The notes beneath the pieces are model-generated. The model was not told the DNA's origin and did no database searches. It saw nothing but the letters and a program-made list of their open reading frames with translations. DNA of 64,000 nt, from NCBI GenBank assembly GCA_965219405.1, contig OZ244736.1:1705443-1769442 (forward strand), in the 5' to 3' direction. A program made the translations under genes and the position numbers. Shown here piece by piece: positions 35,148 through 44,238 of this stretch (the first letter of the stretch is position 1; the number at the start of each line of letters is the position of its first letter). The stretch is from Dehalococcoidia bacterium (GTDB taxonomy: Bacteria; Chloroflexota; Dehalococcoidia; UBA6926).

Positions 35148-35996
35148 CTACTGATCGGCCGGATCAAGCAGAACGTAACGCTGACGGCGGCGTAGGCGCG
35201 AGAATGCGCGCCGCGGGTCAAGGGCAAGCAGGGCCGCGTACTTGCGCAACTCCTCCATCCTTTGCGGGTCGCCCGTCCGTCGCCACACGTTATAGCTGTC
35301 CAGCATGAGATCTGTCACGCGCTGCACGTCGACGCCATGGATGAATGTCTGCGCGACCTCCGAGAGGACCTCCGCGTAGATATCAAAGTTGTTGGAGAGG
35401 CGGCTCAGCACACGATCCTGGCCCGTCCAACGCGCCAGCTCATGTTCAGACGCGAGCGCGTAATGGCTCCGCCCCAGCCGCGTGTAGTAACTGATATCGA
35501 GCTTGGGAACGACCTGCATTGCGGGGTTGCGTCGCCGTCGCCACCTGCTGCGGCGTCCGGTCAGGCTGGCGGGAAAGATACCGATCAGGAACAGGGTGCT
35601 GTCCGCGATATTGCGGTTGGCCTCAAAGAGATTCTGCGCCTCCCGAGTTGCGCCATGCTCCGCCTCTTCCATGAGGCTTTCCAGCAAGTTGCCGAAGTGG
35701 GCGGCGAGGTCAGGAATCGGAAAGATCTCCCTCATCCGCACGTGGCGGGCGAGCAGCCCGCCAAGGTAGTCGAGCGTGGCGATGCTGGTGCTATGGCGGT
35801 CTATGTAGAGCGACTTAAGAAGGAATAGGTCGAAGAGGCTTTGCAGCTCGATGCGCTTGAGCTGGGTGATGTCCGCGTAGAAGCCGTCGAGAAGGGTATC
35901 CACCTCGCGAGCGAAAGCACGGTCAACGATATTCCGCCCTTCATGCGCCGATGCCGTTTCTTTGAGAGCCTGTACGGCAGTCTCTACGTCCGCCAT
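35148..35996 (-). CDS. hypothetical protein
   Basis: An ORF of 282 aa with no recognisable motif. Codon usage is consistent with the genome. Confidence 0.4.
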   Translation of the reverse strand: MADVETAVQALKETASAHEGRNIVDRAFAREVDTLLDGFYADITQLKRIELQSLFDLFLLKSLYIDRHSTSIATLDYLGGLLARHVRMREIFPIPDLAAHFGNLLESLMEEAEHGATREAQNLFEANRNIADSTLFLIGIFPASLTGRRSRWRRRRNPAMQVVPKLDISYYTRLGRSHYALASEHELARWTGQDRVLSRLSNNFDIYAEVLSEVAQTFIHGVDVQRVTDLMLDSYNVWRRTGDPQRMEELRKYAALLALDPRRAFSRLRRRQRYVLLDPADQ

Positions 35997-36042
35997 GTCC
36001 TCCCCCCGCGCTCACTCAAACAAGTTACGTCGTTGCCACCAT

Positions 36043-37191
36043 CTACGACTGTGACTGCCACTTGACGAGGGGTGACTCCTCATCACGGATACGCCGTGTC
36101 GTTCCCTTACGGCTCAGGTGCTCCAGGTGCGAAAGGGTCTCACCGACGGCCGCCCGGCGCAGGAACTCATCCATCTCTTCCCAAGAGCCAACATCCCACG
36201 GCACACCTGCCGCGACCTCGTAGGCTGTGCGCGGCGGACCGTCTACTGCCTTGAGGACGGCATCCAGGCGGGCGTCATGGTGTTCATGCAGTTCTGCCAC
36301 GCGGCCCTTTAGGTCAGTGAAGTGGTGTTCGTGGGCAGGAAGAACGAGATCAACGTCCAGCGCGCCGACCTTTGCGACGGATTCGAGGTAATCCCCCAGA
36401 GGATCCCCATCCGATGTCATCCGCACGGAGACGTTGGAGGTGATGATGGGCAGGATGTGGTCGCCGGTAAAGACCATGCGGGCTTCCTCGTCCACCCAGC
36501 AGAGATGGCCCGGCGTGTGCCCGGGCGTCCAGAACGCGCGCAGGTTGTGGTTGCCGGTCTTGTAGATTTCGGAGCCGTCAAGCAGCAGATCAGGCGGTTC
36601 AAACTCGCGGAAGAGGGCCCATCGGCGCGCCTCGCGCTCTTCTCCTGCGCCACGTTCGGCGGAATCGCCGTGAGACGGGATGCCTTCCGGGTGCTCCTGG
36701 CGCCGCTCTTCTTCCTGGATAGCGCGGCGGCCGCGGCGGCCTCCAAACATTTCTCCCTGAAGTTCTTCCTCCGGCACTCCGTGTCGGCGATACCACTCCT
36801 TCATGCGGTCGCTGCCGTCGGTGCGGGCCGCTTTAGGGTCACGCTTGAGAGATTCCATGGCCTCGCGGAACGGGCTCTGTTCCCAGTCGATGCGGTGCAT
36901 GGCCGTGCGAGCGCCGGTGAGTTTCTTGGCGTCAATAGCGAGGCCATAGTGATCCGGGTGGTTGTGCGTGATGAGGATGAAATCGATCTGACCGGGCTTG
37001 ATTCCCAACTGCCCAGCCAGCTGATCCTCGAGAGCCTCTATACCCTCCTCGGAGCGGAGGCCGGTGTCAATGAGGATAGGTTTATCAGGGCCGGTGACGA
37101 GATACGGGAGGGTGTAGCCGAGTGGATTCTCCGGCATCGGAATGCGCATCTGGAAGATGCCGGGGGCCACTTCATTGACGGATTCAGACAT
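36043..37191 (-). CDS. MBL-fold metallo-hydrolase with large charged insertion
   Basis: ILITHNHPDHYG (HxHxDH) and a TPGHTPGH second His cluster. An ~100-aa R/E-rich insert lies between them. Confidence 0.7.
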   Translation of the reverse strand: MSESVNEVAPGIFQMRIPMPENPLGYTLPYLVTGPDKPILIDTGLRSEEGIEALEDQLAGQLGIKPGQIDFILITHNHPDHYGLAIDAKKLTGARTAMHRIDWEQSPFREAMESLKRDPKAARTDGSDRMKEWYRRHGVPEEELQGEMFGGRRGRRAIQEEERRQEHPEGIPSHGDSAERGAGEEREARRWALFREFEPPDLLLDGSEIYKTGNHNLRAFWTPGHTPGHLCWVDEEARMVFTGDHILPIITSNVSVRMTSDGDPLGDYLESVAKVGALDVDLVLPAHEHHFTDLKGRVAELHEHHDARLDAVLKAVDGPPRTAYEVAAGVPWDVGSWEEMDEFLRRAAVGETLSHLEHLSRKGTTRRIRDEESPLVKWQSQS

Positions 37192-37476
37192 TTCGCAAGT
37201 ACCTCTTGTGCGCTTCCGCGCATCTCATATCATGTTGCCGCCGATTATATCAGCCGCGCGTCTACATGCCCTATGAGGAATTCCCTTCAACATTCCATAA
37301 TCTCCGCTGTTCTGCCCCGTTCCGCCCAAACGTTTGTTATACTCAAATGCGTTGCGTCATAATGCACGGGGCAGGTTTATGGCGGACGCTTAGCGGGGGC
37401 TCGGTAACCATAGCCTTTCAAGCAATCGTCATGCACTGCTGACCTGCTGAAAATTGAAGCCGCAAGGGGGAATTTA

Positions 37477-39207
37477 GTGGCAGCCACACGAGACTTTGTG
37501 ATCCGCTTCGCGGGCGAAGGCGGACAGGGCATGGTGACAGCATCCGAGGCCCTCGCCGCAGCAGCCGCGCAAGTTGGATATCACGTGATGACGTTCGTGA
37601 CATTCCCGTCCCAGATCATGGGCGGGCCAACGTGGAGCCAGTGTCGCGTCTCCGTGACACCGGCGCTCAGCAACGGCGACACGCTTGACGTGCTCGTCGC
37701 TTTCAACGAGGAAGCCTACGAGGTTCACAAGGGCGAGTTGCGGGATGGCGGCATCCTCGTCTACGACTCCGCAGTGTTCGAGGTTCCTGATGAGGACCGC
37801 AGCAATATGAACGTCGTGGCCCTCCCCTATGAGGAGCTTGGGAAGTCGACGGGCAACCCCCGCGCGGCCAACATGGTCATCCTCGGCGCAGTGGCACAGT
37901 TCGTTGAGTGGCCCGAACAGTATCTGGAGGACTTCAACGTTCAGCGATTCACGAGAGGCCGACCTAACGACGCCGAAATTGTCGCGGCCAACAGCATGGG
38001 CCTTGGTCTCGGACGCAACGCGGCAAGTGAAAGTGGATTCTCGCTCGGCGAGTTGGCCACTCCCGATCCGCCCGACTACGAGCAGATCATCATCAAGGGC
38101 AATGAGAGCTTTGGGCTTGGCGCGCTCGCCGCGGGCGTCAACTTCTTCGTTGGATACCCGATTTCTCCCGCAACATCCATCCTGGTGTTCATGGAGCAAA
38201 ACCTGCGCGGCGAGGGAACTTTCGTCTACCAGGCAAGCTCCGAGATCGAGTCGATCAGCACCATCGTCGGCGCAGGATTCGTTGGTAAGAAGGCCATGAC
38301 ATCTACCGCAGGGCCGGGTTTCTCACTCATGAGTGAGGGGCTCGGCATGGCATGGATGATGGAGATTCCGTGTGTCATCGTCGACGTTCAGCGCGGCGGC
38401 CCCGCCACCGGACTTCCAACCAAGTCGGAACAGTCCGACCTGTACATGGCGATGCATCCGGCACACGGCGACTCGCAGCTGCCGGTTATTGCGCCCGGCA
38501 CCATCGAAGAGTGCTTCTACGCAGCCATGCACGCCCTCAATTGGGCGGAGCGCTACCAGGGCCCTGTCATCGTTCTTTCGGACCACATGCTCTCTGAGCG
38601 CGTGCAGAACATCCGCAAGCCGGATCCGGCCCTCGTCGAGGTGGAGGCGCGGCAGATTTACACTGGCACGAACGGGTACAAGCGCTACGAGGGAGATACC
38701 GTTACACCCATGCCGCTGCCCGGCGGCCCTGGCGCATACGTCGCCAACGCGAGCGAGCACGATGACATCGGCGATACCACCCACCTCCCGGAGCGCCACG
38801 TCCATATGACGGACCGCCGGTTCAGTAAGTTGAAGCTCCTTGAGGACACGCCGTACGAGGCGCGCAACACGGAAAATGATGTCGCTATCCTGCCGTGGGG
38901 TGGCCAAAAGGGCCCGGCCCATGAGGCGTACGAGCGGATGATGGAGAACGGCGTGCCAGTGGGCTGGTACTACACCATGTTCATCTCCCCGCTCAATCCC
39001 AAGCTGCTGGATGAGTTGCGCTCCAAGAAGCTCGTGCTGGTTCCGGAGCTCAACTACCTTGGACAGTTGTCCTCCATCCTGCGCCAGCACGGCGTCAACG
39101 CGAAGTCACTTACCCAGTACACGGGTTTGCCATTCAAGGTGGCGGACCTGGTTGAGAGAATCACCGCCGAGGTTGAGGCCGAGGTGGGCAGTAAGGTCGG
39201 ATTCTAG
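37477..39207 (+). CDS. korA: 2-oxoacid:ferredoxin oxidoreductase alpha subunit (gamma-alpha fused, KorA-type)
   Basis: N-terminal gamma-like domain FVIRFAGEGGQGMVTA, followed by the alpha catalytic domain. Confidence 0.85.
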   Translation: MAATRDFVIRFAGEGGQGMVTASEALAAAAAQVGYHVMTFVTFPSQIMGGPTWSQCRVSVTPALSNGDTLDVLVAFNEEAYEVHKGELRDGGILVYDSAVFEVPDEDRSNMNVVALPYEELGKSTGNPRAANMVILGAVAQFVEWPEQYLEDFNVQRFTRGRPNDAEIVAANSMGLGLGRNAASESGFSLGELATPDPPDYEQIIIKGNESFGLGALAAGVNFFVGYPISPATSILVFMEQNLRGEGTFVYQASSEIESISTIVGAGFVGKKAMTSTAGPGFSLMSEGLGMAWMMEIPCVIVDVQRGGPATGLPTKSEQSDLYMAMHPAHGDSQLPVIAPGTIEECFYAAMHALNWAERYQGPVIVLSDHMLSERVQNIRKPDPALVEVEARQIYTGTNGYKRYEGDTVTPMPLPGGPGAYVANASEHDDIGDTTHLPERHVHMTDRRFSKLKLLEDTPYEARNTENDVAILPWGGQKGPAHEAYERMMENGVPVGWYYTMFISPLNPKLLDELRSKKLVLVPELNYLGQLSSILRQHGVNAKSLTQYTGLPFKVADLVERITAEVEAEVGSKVGF

Positions 39208-39248
39208 CGCCCTGCGCGGACGCAGTCTAAGGAGAGAGGTAGCAGACA

Positions 39249-40118
39249 ATGACGAAGCGGAATCCCGAGTATGATTTCAAATGGTGCCCCGGCTGCGGCG
39301 ACTTCGGCGTCAAGCGCGCCATCGAGTTGACGATCGCAGCACGCACAACCGAAATGGACATCGCTTTTGAGAACAACGTGATGGTCGCCGGAATCGGTTG
39401 CTCGGGCAACCTGGTTCACCTGACAGACGGCCCTCAGCCGTTTGGTTTTCACGGCATCCACGGCCGCACGCTGCCCGTCGCGTTCGGCATCAAGAGCGGC
39501 AACCCGGAGCTTGAGGTCATGATTGTTGCCGGCGACGGTGATTTCCTGAGCATTGGCGCGGAGCACATCGGCCCCGCCGCGCAGCGAAATCTGAACGTGA
39601 CGTGCGTGATCATGGACAACGGCGTGTACGGCCTGACGAAGGGACAGAGTTCCCCCACCACGCAGTTCGGCGTCGTTACCAGCACCACGCCCGGCGGAAA
39701 GATCGAGGGAGAGGTCAAGCCGTTCCAGTACTACCTGTCACTGGGCGCTTCCTTTGTCGCCTCGGCGTTCTCCAGCAAGCCGCGCGAGATGGCCCAGATG
39801 ATCCGGCAGGGCATGGACTACCGCGGATTCTCCATCGTCCACGTGCAGTCACCCTGCACCACCTATAACGATAACTACGATGTGCTCCGAGGCAACGCCA
39901 AGAAGGGCATCGATCCGCTGACCTACGACATCCCGGAGAACCATGACCCGACGGACTATCGCGAGGCGCTGAGGGTTGCGCAGGATCCGGGTATTCCGCT
40001 CGGCGTCCTGTACGCAGCGGACAACTCCGAGCCTCTCGATGAGCGCTACAGCAGCCTGAACGCCCGCCTGCGCTCTCGGGACGTGGACCAGATGATCGCG
40101 TCGTTCGCAATCCAGTAG
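39249..40118 (+). CDS. korB: 2-oxoacid:ferredoxin oxidoreductase beta subunit (TPP-binding)
   Basis: WCPGCGDFGV and GDGDFLSIG TPP-binding motifs. Confidence 0.85.
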   Translation: MTKRNPEYDFKWCPGCGDFGVKRAIELTIAARTTEMDIAFENNVMVAGIGCSGNLVHLTDGPQPFGFHGIHGRTLPVAFGIKSGNPELEVMIVAGDGDFLSIGAEHIGPAAQRNLNVTCVIMDNGVYGLTKGQSSPTTQFGVVTSTTPGGKIEGEVKPFQYYLSLGASFVASAFSSKPREMAQMIRQGMDYRGFSIVHVQSPCTTYNDNYDVLRGNAKKGIDPLTYDIPENHDPTDYREALRVAQDPGIPLGVLYAADNSEPLDERYSSLNARLRSRDVDQMIASFAIQ

Positions 40119-40138
40119 ACGCGGAAACACATACGCCC

Positions 40139-41428
40139 ATGGCCCGGCAGACGCTGGAGGCCCGGCTTAGAGACGAAATACGGCGAAGGGGTCCCATCCC
40201 CTTCGCCGATTTCATGCGCATCGTCCTCTATGACCCGGATGGCGGATACTACAGCAGCCTCGCTGAGCGCATCGGACCGGGCGGCGATTTCTATACGGCC
40301 CCGGCCACCCACCCGGCGTTTGGGGCGTTGCTCGCGTTACAGCTTGAGCGCTGCTGGGAACTGCTGGGCAGTCCGGAGTCATTCACGATTATCGAAGAGG
40401 GCGGCGGCAAGGGGCGTCTCGCCCACGATATTTTCAACTACGTACAACATCTGGCGGTGGATTTCAGGGCGGCCATCGATTACCGCATTGTTGAATTCGA
40501 GCGGAACGGGCAGGTGACGCTTCCACAAGGCCATGACGCGGAGATTGTCATCGACTGGGGCGGTGACACCCTACCCGACGAGATTGAGGCAGGCGCAATC
40601 ATCTCCAATGAGTTGTATGATGCCCTGCCTCGCCATCGCGTCATCCAACAGGGACAAACGCTGTACGAACTGCTCGTGGGCGCGACGGACGCGGGGTTTA
40701 TTGAGGCAATCGCAGAGCCGTCGACACCGGTGCTGGTGGAACGTCTGAGGCAGTTGGACGTGACGCTGCCTAACGGCAGCAAGGCGGAAATCGACCTTGG
40801 CGGCCCGGCGCATCTCACGGAGATCGCCTCACGGCTGCGGCAGGGGTTCGTGTTCACCATCGATTACGGCTACCCCGCCGCCACACTGTACGACGGCTCG
40901 CGGCGCGAGGGCACACTGCTCTGCTACCACCACCACACGTCCTCCACCAACCCGTACATCCGGCTTGGCAGGCAGGACATCACGGCGCACGTGGACTTCA
41001 CATCTCTGGCATGGGCCGGCGAAGAGGCAGGACTGCGGACGGAGGGCCTGCTCACGCAGCAGCGTTTTCTCAAAAAGCTCGGATCGCAGGCGTTTATCGA
41101 TGGGCTGCGTGAGCTTGATCTCCCACCACAGGATGTTCTTGCCAATCGCATGGCGATCCTTGAACTCACCAAACCGAGTGGATTCGGCGGGTTCGGTGTG
41201 CTCATCCACAGCACGGGCACGGAGAATGGGGAGCCGTATGGCGTGGATGACATCGTCATCAGCCGCGCGCGGGGCGGTTTGGACAGCCTGCCGCCGGTCC
41301 TGCTGACACCCGACCATATGCCGCTGCTCTCCGGACGCTATCCGCAGTACTCTGAACTGGATGCACTTTGGCCGATGGCCCAAAGACCGGAGACACAAGA
41401 AATCAATACGGGAGGCAATCAGCAATGA
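40139..41428 (+). CDS. MidA/NDUFAF7-like class I SAM-dependent methyltransferase (COG1565)
   Basis: GDFYTAPATHPAFG and IIEEGGGKGRLAHDI are characteristic of the MidA family. Confidence 0.7.
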   Translation: MARQTLEARLRDEIRRRGPIPFADFMRIVLYDPDGGYYSSLAERIGPGGDFYTAPATHPAFGALLALQLERCWELLGSPESFTIIEEGGGKGRLAHDIFNYVQHLAVDFRAAIDYRIVEFERNGQVTLPQGHDAEIVIDWGGDTLPDEIEAGAIISNELYDALPRHRVIQQGQTLYELLVGATDAGFIEAIAEPSTPVLVERLRQLDVTLPNGSKAEIDLGGPAHLTEIASRLRQGFVFTIDYGYPAATLYDGSRREGTLLCYHHHTSSTNPYIRLGRQDITAHVDFTSLAWAGEEAGLRTEGLLTQQRFLKKLGSQAFIDGLRELDLPPQDVLANRMAILELTKPSGFGGFGVLIHSTGTENGEPYGVDDIVISRARGGLDSLPPVLLTPDHMPLLSGRYPQYSELDALWPMAQRPETQEINTGGNQQ

Positions 41429-41886
41429 CAGTAGCGGACAGGCTTAAGGAACTCGACATCACTCTTCCCGCTCCGGCAACGCCCGGCGGCAACTACACAC
41501 CCGCGAACCTGGTGGGGCATACGCTTTACATCGCAGGACAGCTGCCGACGGTTGATGGCGAGTTGGTGGCGACGGGCAAGGTGGGAGCGGACGTGACAAT
41601 TGAACAAGCCACTGACGCCGCCCGCATCGCCGCCCTGAACGGTCTGTCCGCCGCGGAAAACGCCCTTGAGGGTGGGCTTGACTCAGTGCTCTCGATAACG
41701 CGCATCCAGGTGTTCGTCAACGGCGTGCCGGACTTTGCCCAACAGTCAATCGTGGCGAACGGAGCGTCTGATTTCCTCGTCGAAGTGCTTGGGGAGGCGG
41801 GTCGTCATGCGCGGAACGCCATCGGTGTTGGCTCCCTGCCTCGCAACGCACCGGTCGAGGTGGAAATCACGATGAAGGTGCGGTAA
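41425..41886 (+). CDS. RidA/YjgF-family reactive-intermediate deaminase
   Basis: The ATG at 41425 follows a GGGAGG RBS and overlaps the upstream stop (ATGA). It has a YjgF-like C-terminal signature (PARNAIGVGSLPRNAPVEVE). Confidence 0.8.
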   Translation: MTVADRLKELDITLPAPATPGGNYTPANLVGHTLYIAGQLPTVDGELVATGKVGADVTIEQATDAARIAALNGLSAAENALEGGLDSVLSITRIQVFVNGVPDFAQQSIVANGASDFLVEVLGEAGRHARNAIGVGSLPRNAPVEVEITMKVR

Positions 41887-43198
41887 GGTCTTCCCCCATC
41901 ATCAACCGAGCCACGTCCTGGCCCTGGCGGATGCTGTAGTTGGTCCCGCGATCCTCCGGGTAAATCTGGCTCATGGCTGCAAGCCAGAGGCCGTCGACGG
42001 GCGTCTTGTTGGGCGGTATCTTGTCGCTGAAATGCGTGGTCATGATGGGCTGGGCAGCACCCTCGCGGTGGACGTACGTGTTCTCCACCCATGACAGGTC
42101 AAAATCAGGGTTGACCTTACGCAGGTGGTCGACGTAGCTCTGAATGAGTTCATCATCGGACAGGCCCCAGCGGGGGTCCTCCGGTGTCACGTAGTCTGCG
42201 GTGTAGAGGATGTGCTTGCCGCCGTACACCGAAGGCGGAACGAGATTCGTTTGTTCCAGCGCTAGCAGGAACGGGATGTCCGCATCCGCGATATTGAGCC
42301 AATAGATTGGTGAGAGGCTGCGGTTCATCACCCAGATAACAGCAATCGCTCCCTCGTACTCGATGGTGCTGACCTTGTTGAGATAGTCCTCGGGCAAGTC
42401 CACCAGACGTGGCAGGAGGAAACTGGGAACGGTTGCGAGGACTGCATCATAGTCGCGTTTTTCCTCGTTGCCGTCCGAGTCGGCAATCGTCAACCCTGTC
42501 ACCCGGTTATCCGTGGTTTCGATGCGGGACACGCCGACCCCGGTACGCACTTCGCCGCCCATCTCCGTGATGCGCTGCTCGAGGGCATCGATGAGCACCT
42601 GCCAACTACCCTCGATATAGCCAAGCTGCTCACGGCCGAGCAGGCCCTTTCGAGAGGCGACGCGCGTGGCGAACTTGCTCCACATCCACGGCATAGCAAT
42701 CTGTTCGGCATAGCGCCCAAACTTGCCGCGCAGCAGCGGCTCCCAGATCTCCTCATAGTTTCGCCGTCCCGCCCACTTGCGCATGAACGCAGCGGCGGTT
42801 GTGTCCTCCAGGCGTTTCCAGTTCTTGATGCGCTGGATGTAGAGCGTCACGAGTCCCATTCGAATACGGTCAAGGAATCCAACCGGGTTGAATTTGAGCA
42901 GATCGGTCGCCGTGGCAAAGGGGTAGATGCGCCCGTGGGTGAAATACCCGACTTTCGAGTCTTCCCATATAAGGCGGTCTTTCAGGCCAAGCTCATCCAG
43001 CAGGTCGATTATCGTGACATCGGATAGAAACAGATGGTGATAGAAGCGTTCTAGTTGCCCGCCGCCCACATCGAACGTCGAGGCCAGACCTCCGAGGAAC
43101 GGGGCGCGCTCGAACAGTTCGACGGTGTGACCGGCCTTGGCAAACTCATAGCCCGCTGCAAGACCGCCAACTCCACCGCCAATGATTCCAACCTTCAT
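41867..43198 (-). CDS. NAD(P)/FAD-dependent oxidoreductase (amine-oxidase/CrtI-like)
   Basis: MKVGIIGGGVGGLAAGYEFAKAGHTVELFERAPFLGGLAST is a Rossmann dinucleotide-binding N-terminus. Confidence 0.7.
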   Translation of the reverse strand: MKVGIIGGGVGGLAAGYEFAKAGHTVELFERAPFLGGLASTFDVGGGQLERFYHHLFLSDVTIIDLLDELGLKDRLIWEDSKVGYFTHGRIYPFATATDLLKFNPVGFLDRIRMGLVTLYIQRIKNWKRLEDTTAAAFMRKWAGRRNYEEIWEPLLRGKFGRYAEQIAMPWMWSKFATRVASRKGLLGREQLGYIEGSWQVLIDALEQRITEMGGEVRTGVGVSRIETTDNRVTGLTIADSDGNEEKRDYDAVLATVPSFLLPRLVDLPEDYLNKVSTIEYEGAIAVIWVMNRSLSPIYWLNIADADIPFLLALEQTNLVPPSVYGGKHILYTADYVTPEDPRWGLSDDELIQSYVDHLRKVNPDFDLSWVENTYVHREGAAQPIMTTHFSDKIPPNKTPVDGLWLAAMSQIYPEDRGTNYSIRQGQDVARLMMGEDLTAPSS

Positions 43199-44226
43199 TC
43201 GGTTCCCCCTGCCTGTTTAGTGTCCGATCCGCCCATGGCAGACGTGGGCCGCAGCACTTCTCGCAGCGGCACTCCCTCCAGGATGAGCAGGATCGCTCCC
43301 GCTATCGTAACGGGAACCCACAGAGTGGCGTGAATGACCACAGCGTAGGCAGTTGCCAGCCCCGCTCCCACTCCGGCGCGGACGAGCGTCTCTTTCGCAA
43401 GGAGTTCAAATGGGCCGATGCCACCGGATGACGAGGGCACGGCAGTGGCGAGGTTGGAGGCGGCGACGGCAACGCAAAGGACGACGATTGGCGTATCAAC
43501 GTCCATCGCCACGGCCACGAGGATATAGACGAGCGCCTCGCCCGCCCACACTGCGTTGGAGACCACGAACCAGAATGGTATTTTGCGGGCGTCCTTGATG
43601 GCCGCGAAACCGTGGAGTAAGGACTCCGCGATGGTCATCAAACGTGTGGCGTAACGGTCTGGGAGCGGCCGCGTGACGGTATGGCCTGCCCACAGTGCCG
43701 CGTTCGGAAACAGCACTGCCAAAATGACGACCACGGCAGCGCCGATAAACACCACGGCGGCCACCTGCGCGGCGAGTGAGAGCAGCGGCGAAAGCGTCCA
43801 CACAGAGGAGAAGAAAAGCAGGCCGATGCCCAACCACAGGAGGAGCGTCAGCCCGTCAAGAATGCGCTCCACGGCGATTGTCGCCAAGCCGGCCGTCATG
43901 TCCAGTCCGGGGTTGCGGCGTAGCAGATAGGCTCTGACGAACTCACCTAATCGAAGTGGTAGGACGTTGTTTGCTGCATAGCCGATGGTCGCCACGAAAT
44001 AGGAACGCCCCAGTGTGACTCCGCCCAGATGTTGCAGGAGGCTCTGCCAGCGCCACGCGCGCAGTGTGAAGGCAAGAAAGTAGACGATTACTGCGGGAAT
44101 CAGCCAGAGGTAATTAGCCTCCGCAAACGCATCGAAAAACTCGTCGAAGTCGATGCTCCAGAAGACGAGGGCGAGAAATGCCACGCTTACCGAGAACGCG
44201 AAGAGAGTACGCCTGTTGATGAGCAT
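43195..44226 (-). CDS. UPF0104/LPG-synthase-TM-like flippase-like membrane protein
   Basis: A polytopic protein with LRAWRWQSLL...GYAANNVLPLRLGEFVRAY, a pattern typical of the YbhN/MprF-TM family. It overlaps the downstream gene by 4 nt. Confidence 0.6.
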   Translation of the reverse strand: MLINRRTLFAFSVSVAFLALVFWSIDFDEFFDAFAEANYLWLIPAVIVYFLAFTLRAWRWQSLLQHLGGVTLGRSYFVATIGYAANNVLPLRLGEFVRAYLLRRNPGLDMTAGLATIAVERILDGLTLLLWLGIGLLFFSSVWTLSPLLSLAAQVAAVVFIGAAVVVILAVLFPNAALWAGHTVTRPLPDRYATRLMTIAESLLHGFAAIKDARKIPFWFVVSNAVWAGEALVYILVAVAMDVDTPIVVLCVAVAASNLATAVPSSSGGIGPFELLAKETLVRAGVGAGLATAYAVVIHATLWVPVTIAGAILLILEGVPLREVLRPTSAMGGSDTKQAGGTE

Positions 44227-44238
44227 TGGGGCGCGGAT

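Noticed and set aside
36322-37362. 346-aa plus-strand ORF
   Set aside because: Antisense within the MBL-fold hydrolase gene.
37474-39090. 241-aa and 255-aa minus-strand ORFs
   Set aside because: Antisense within korA.
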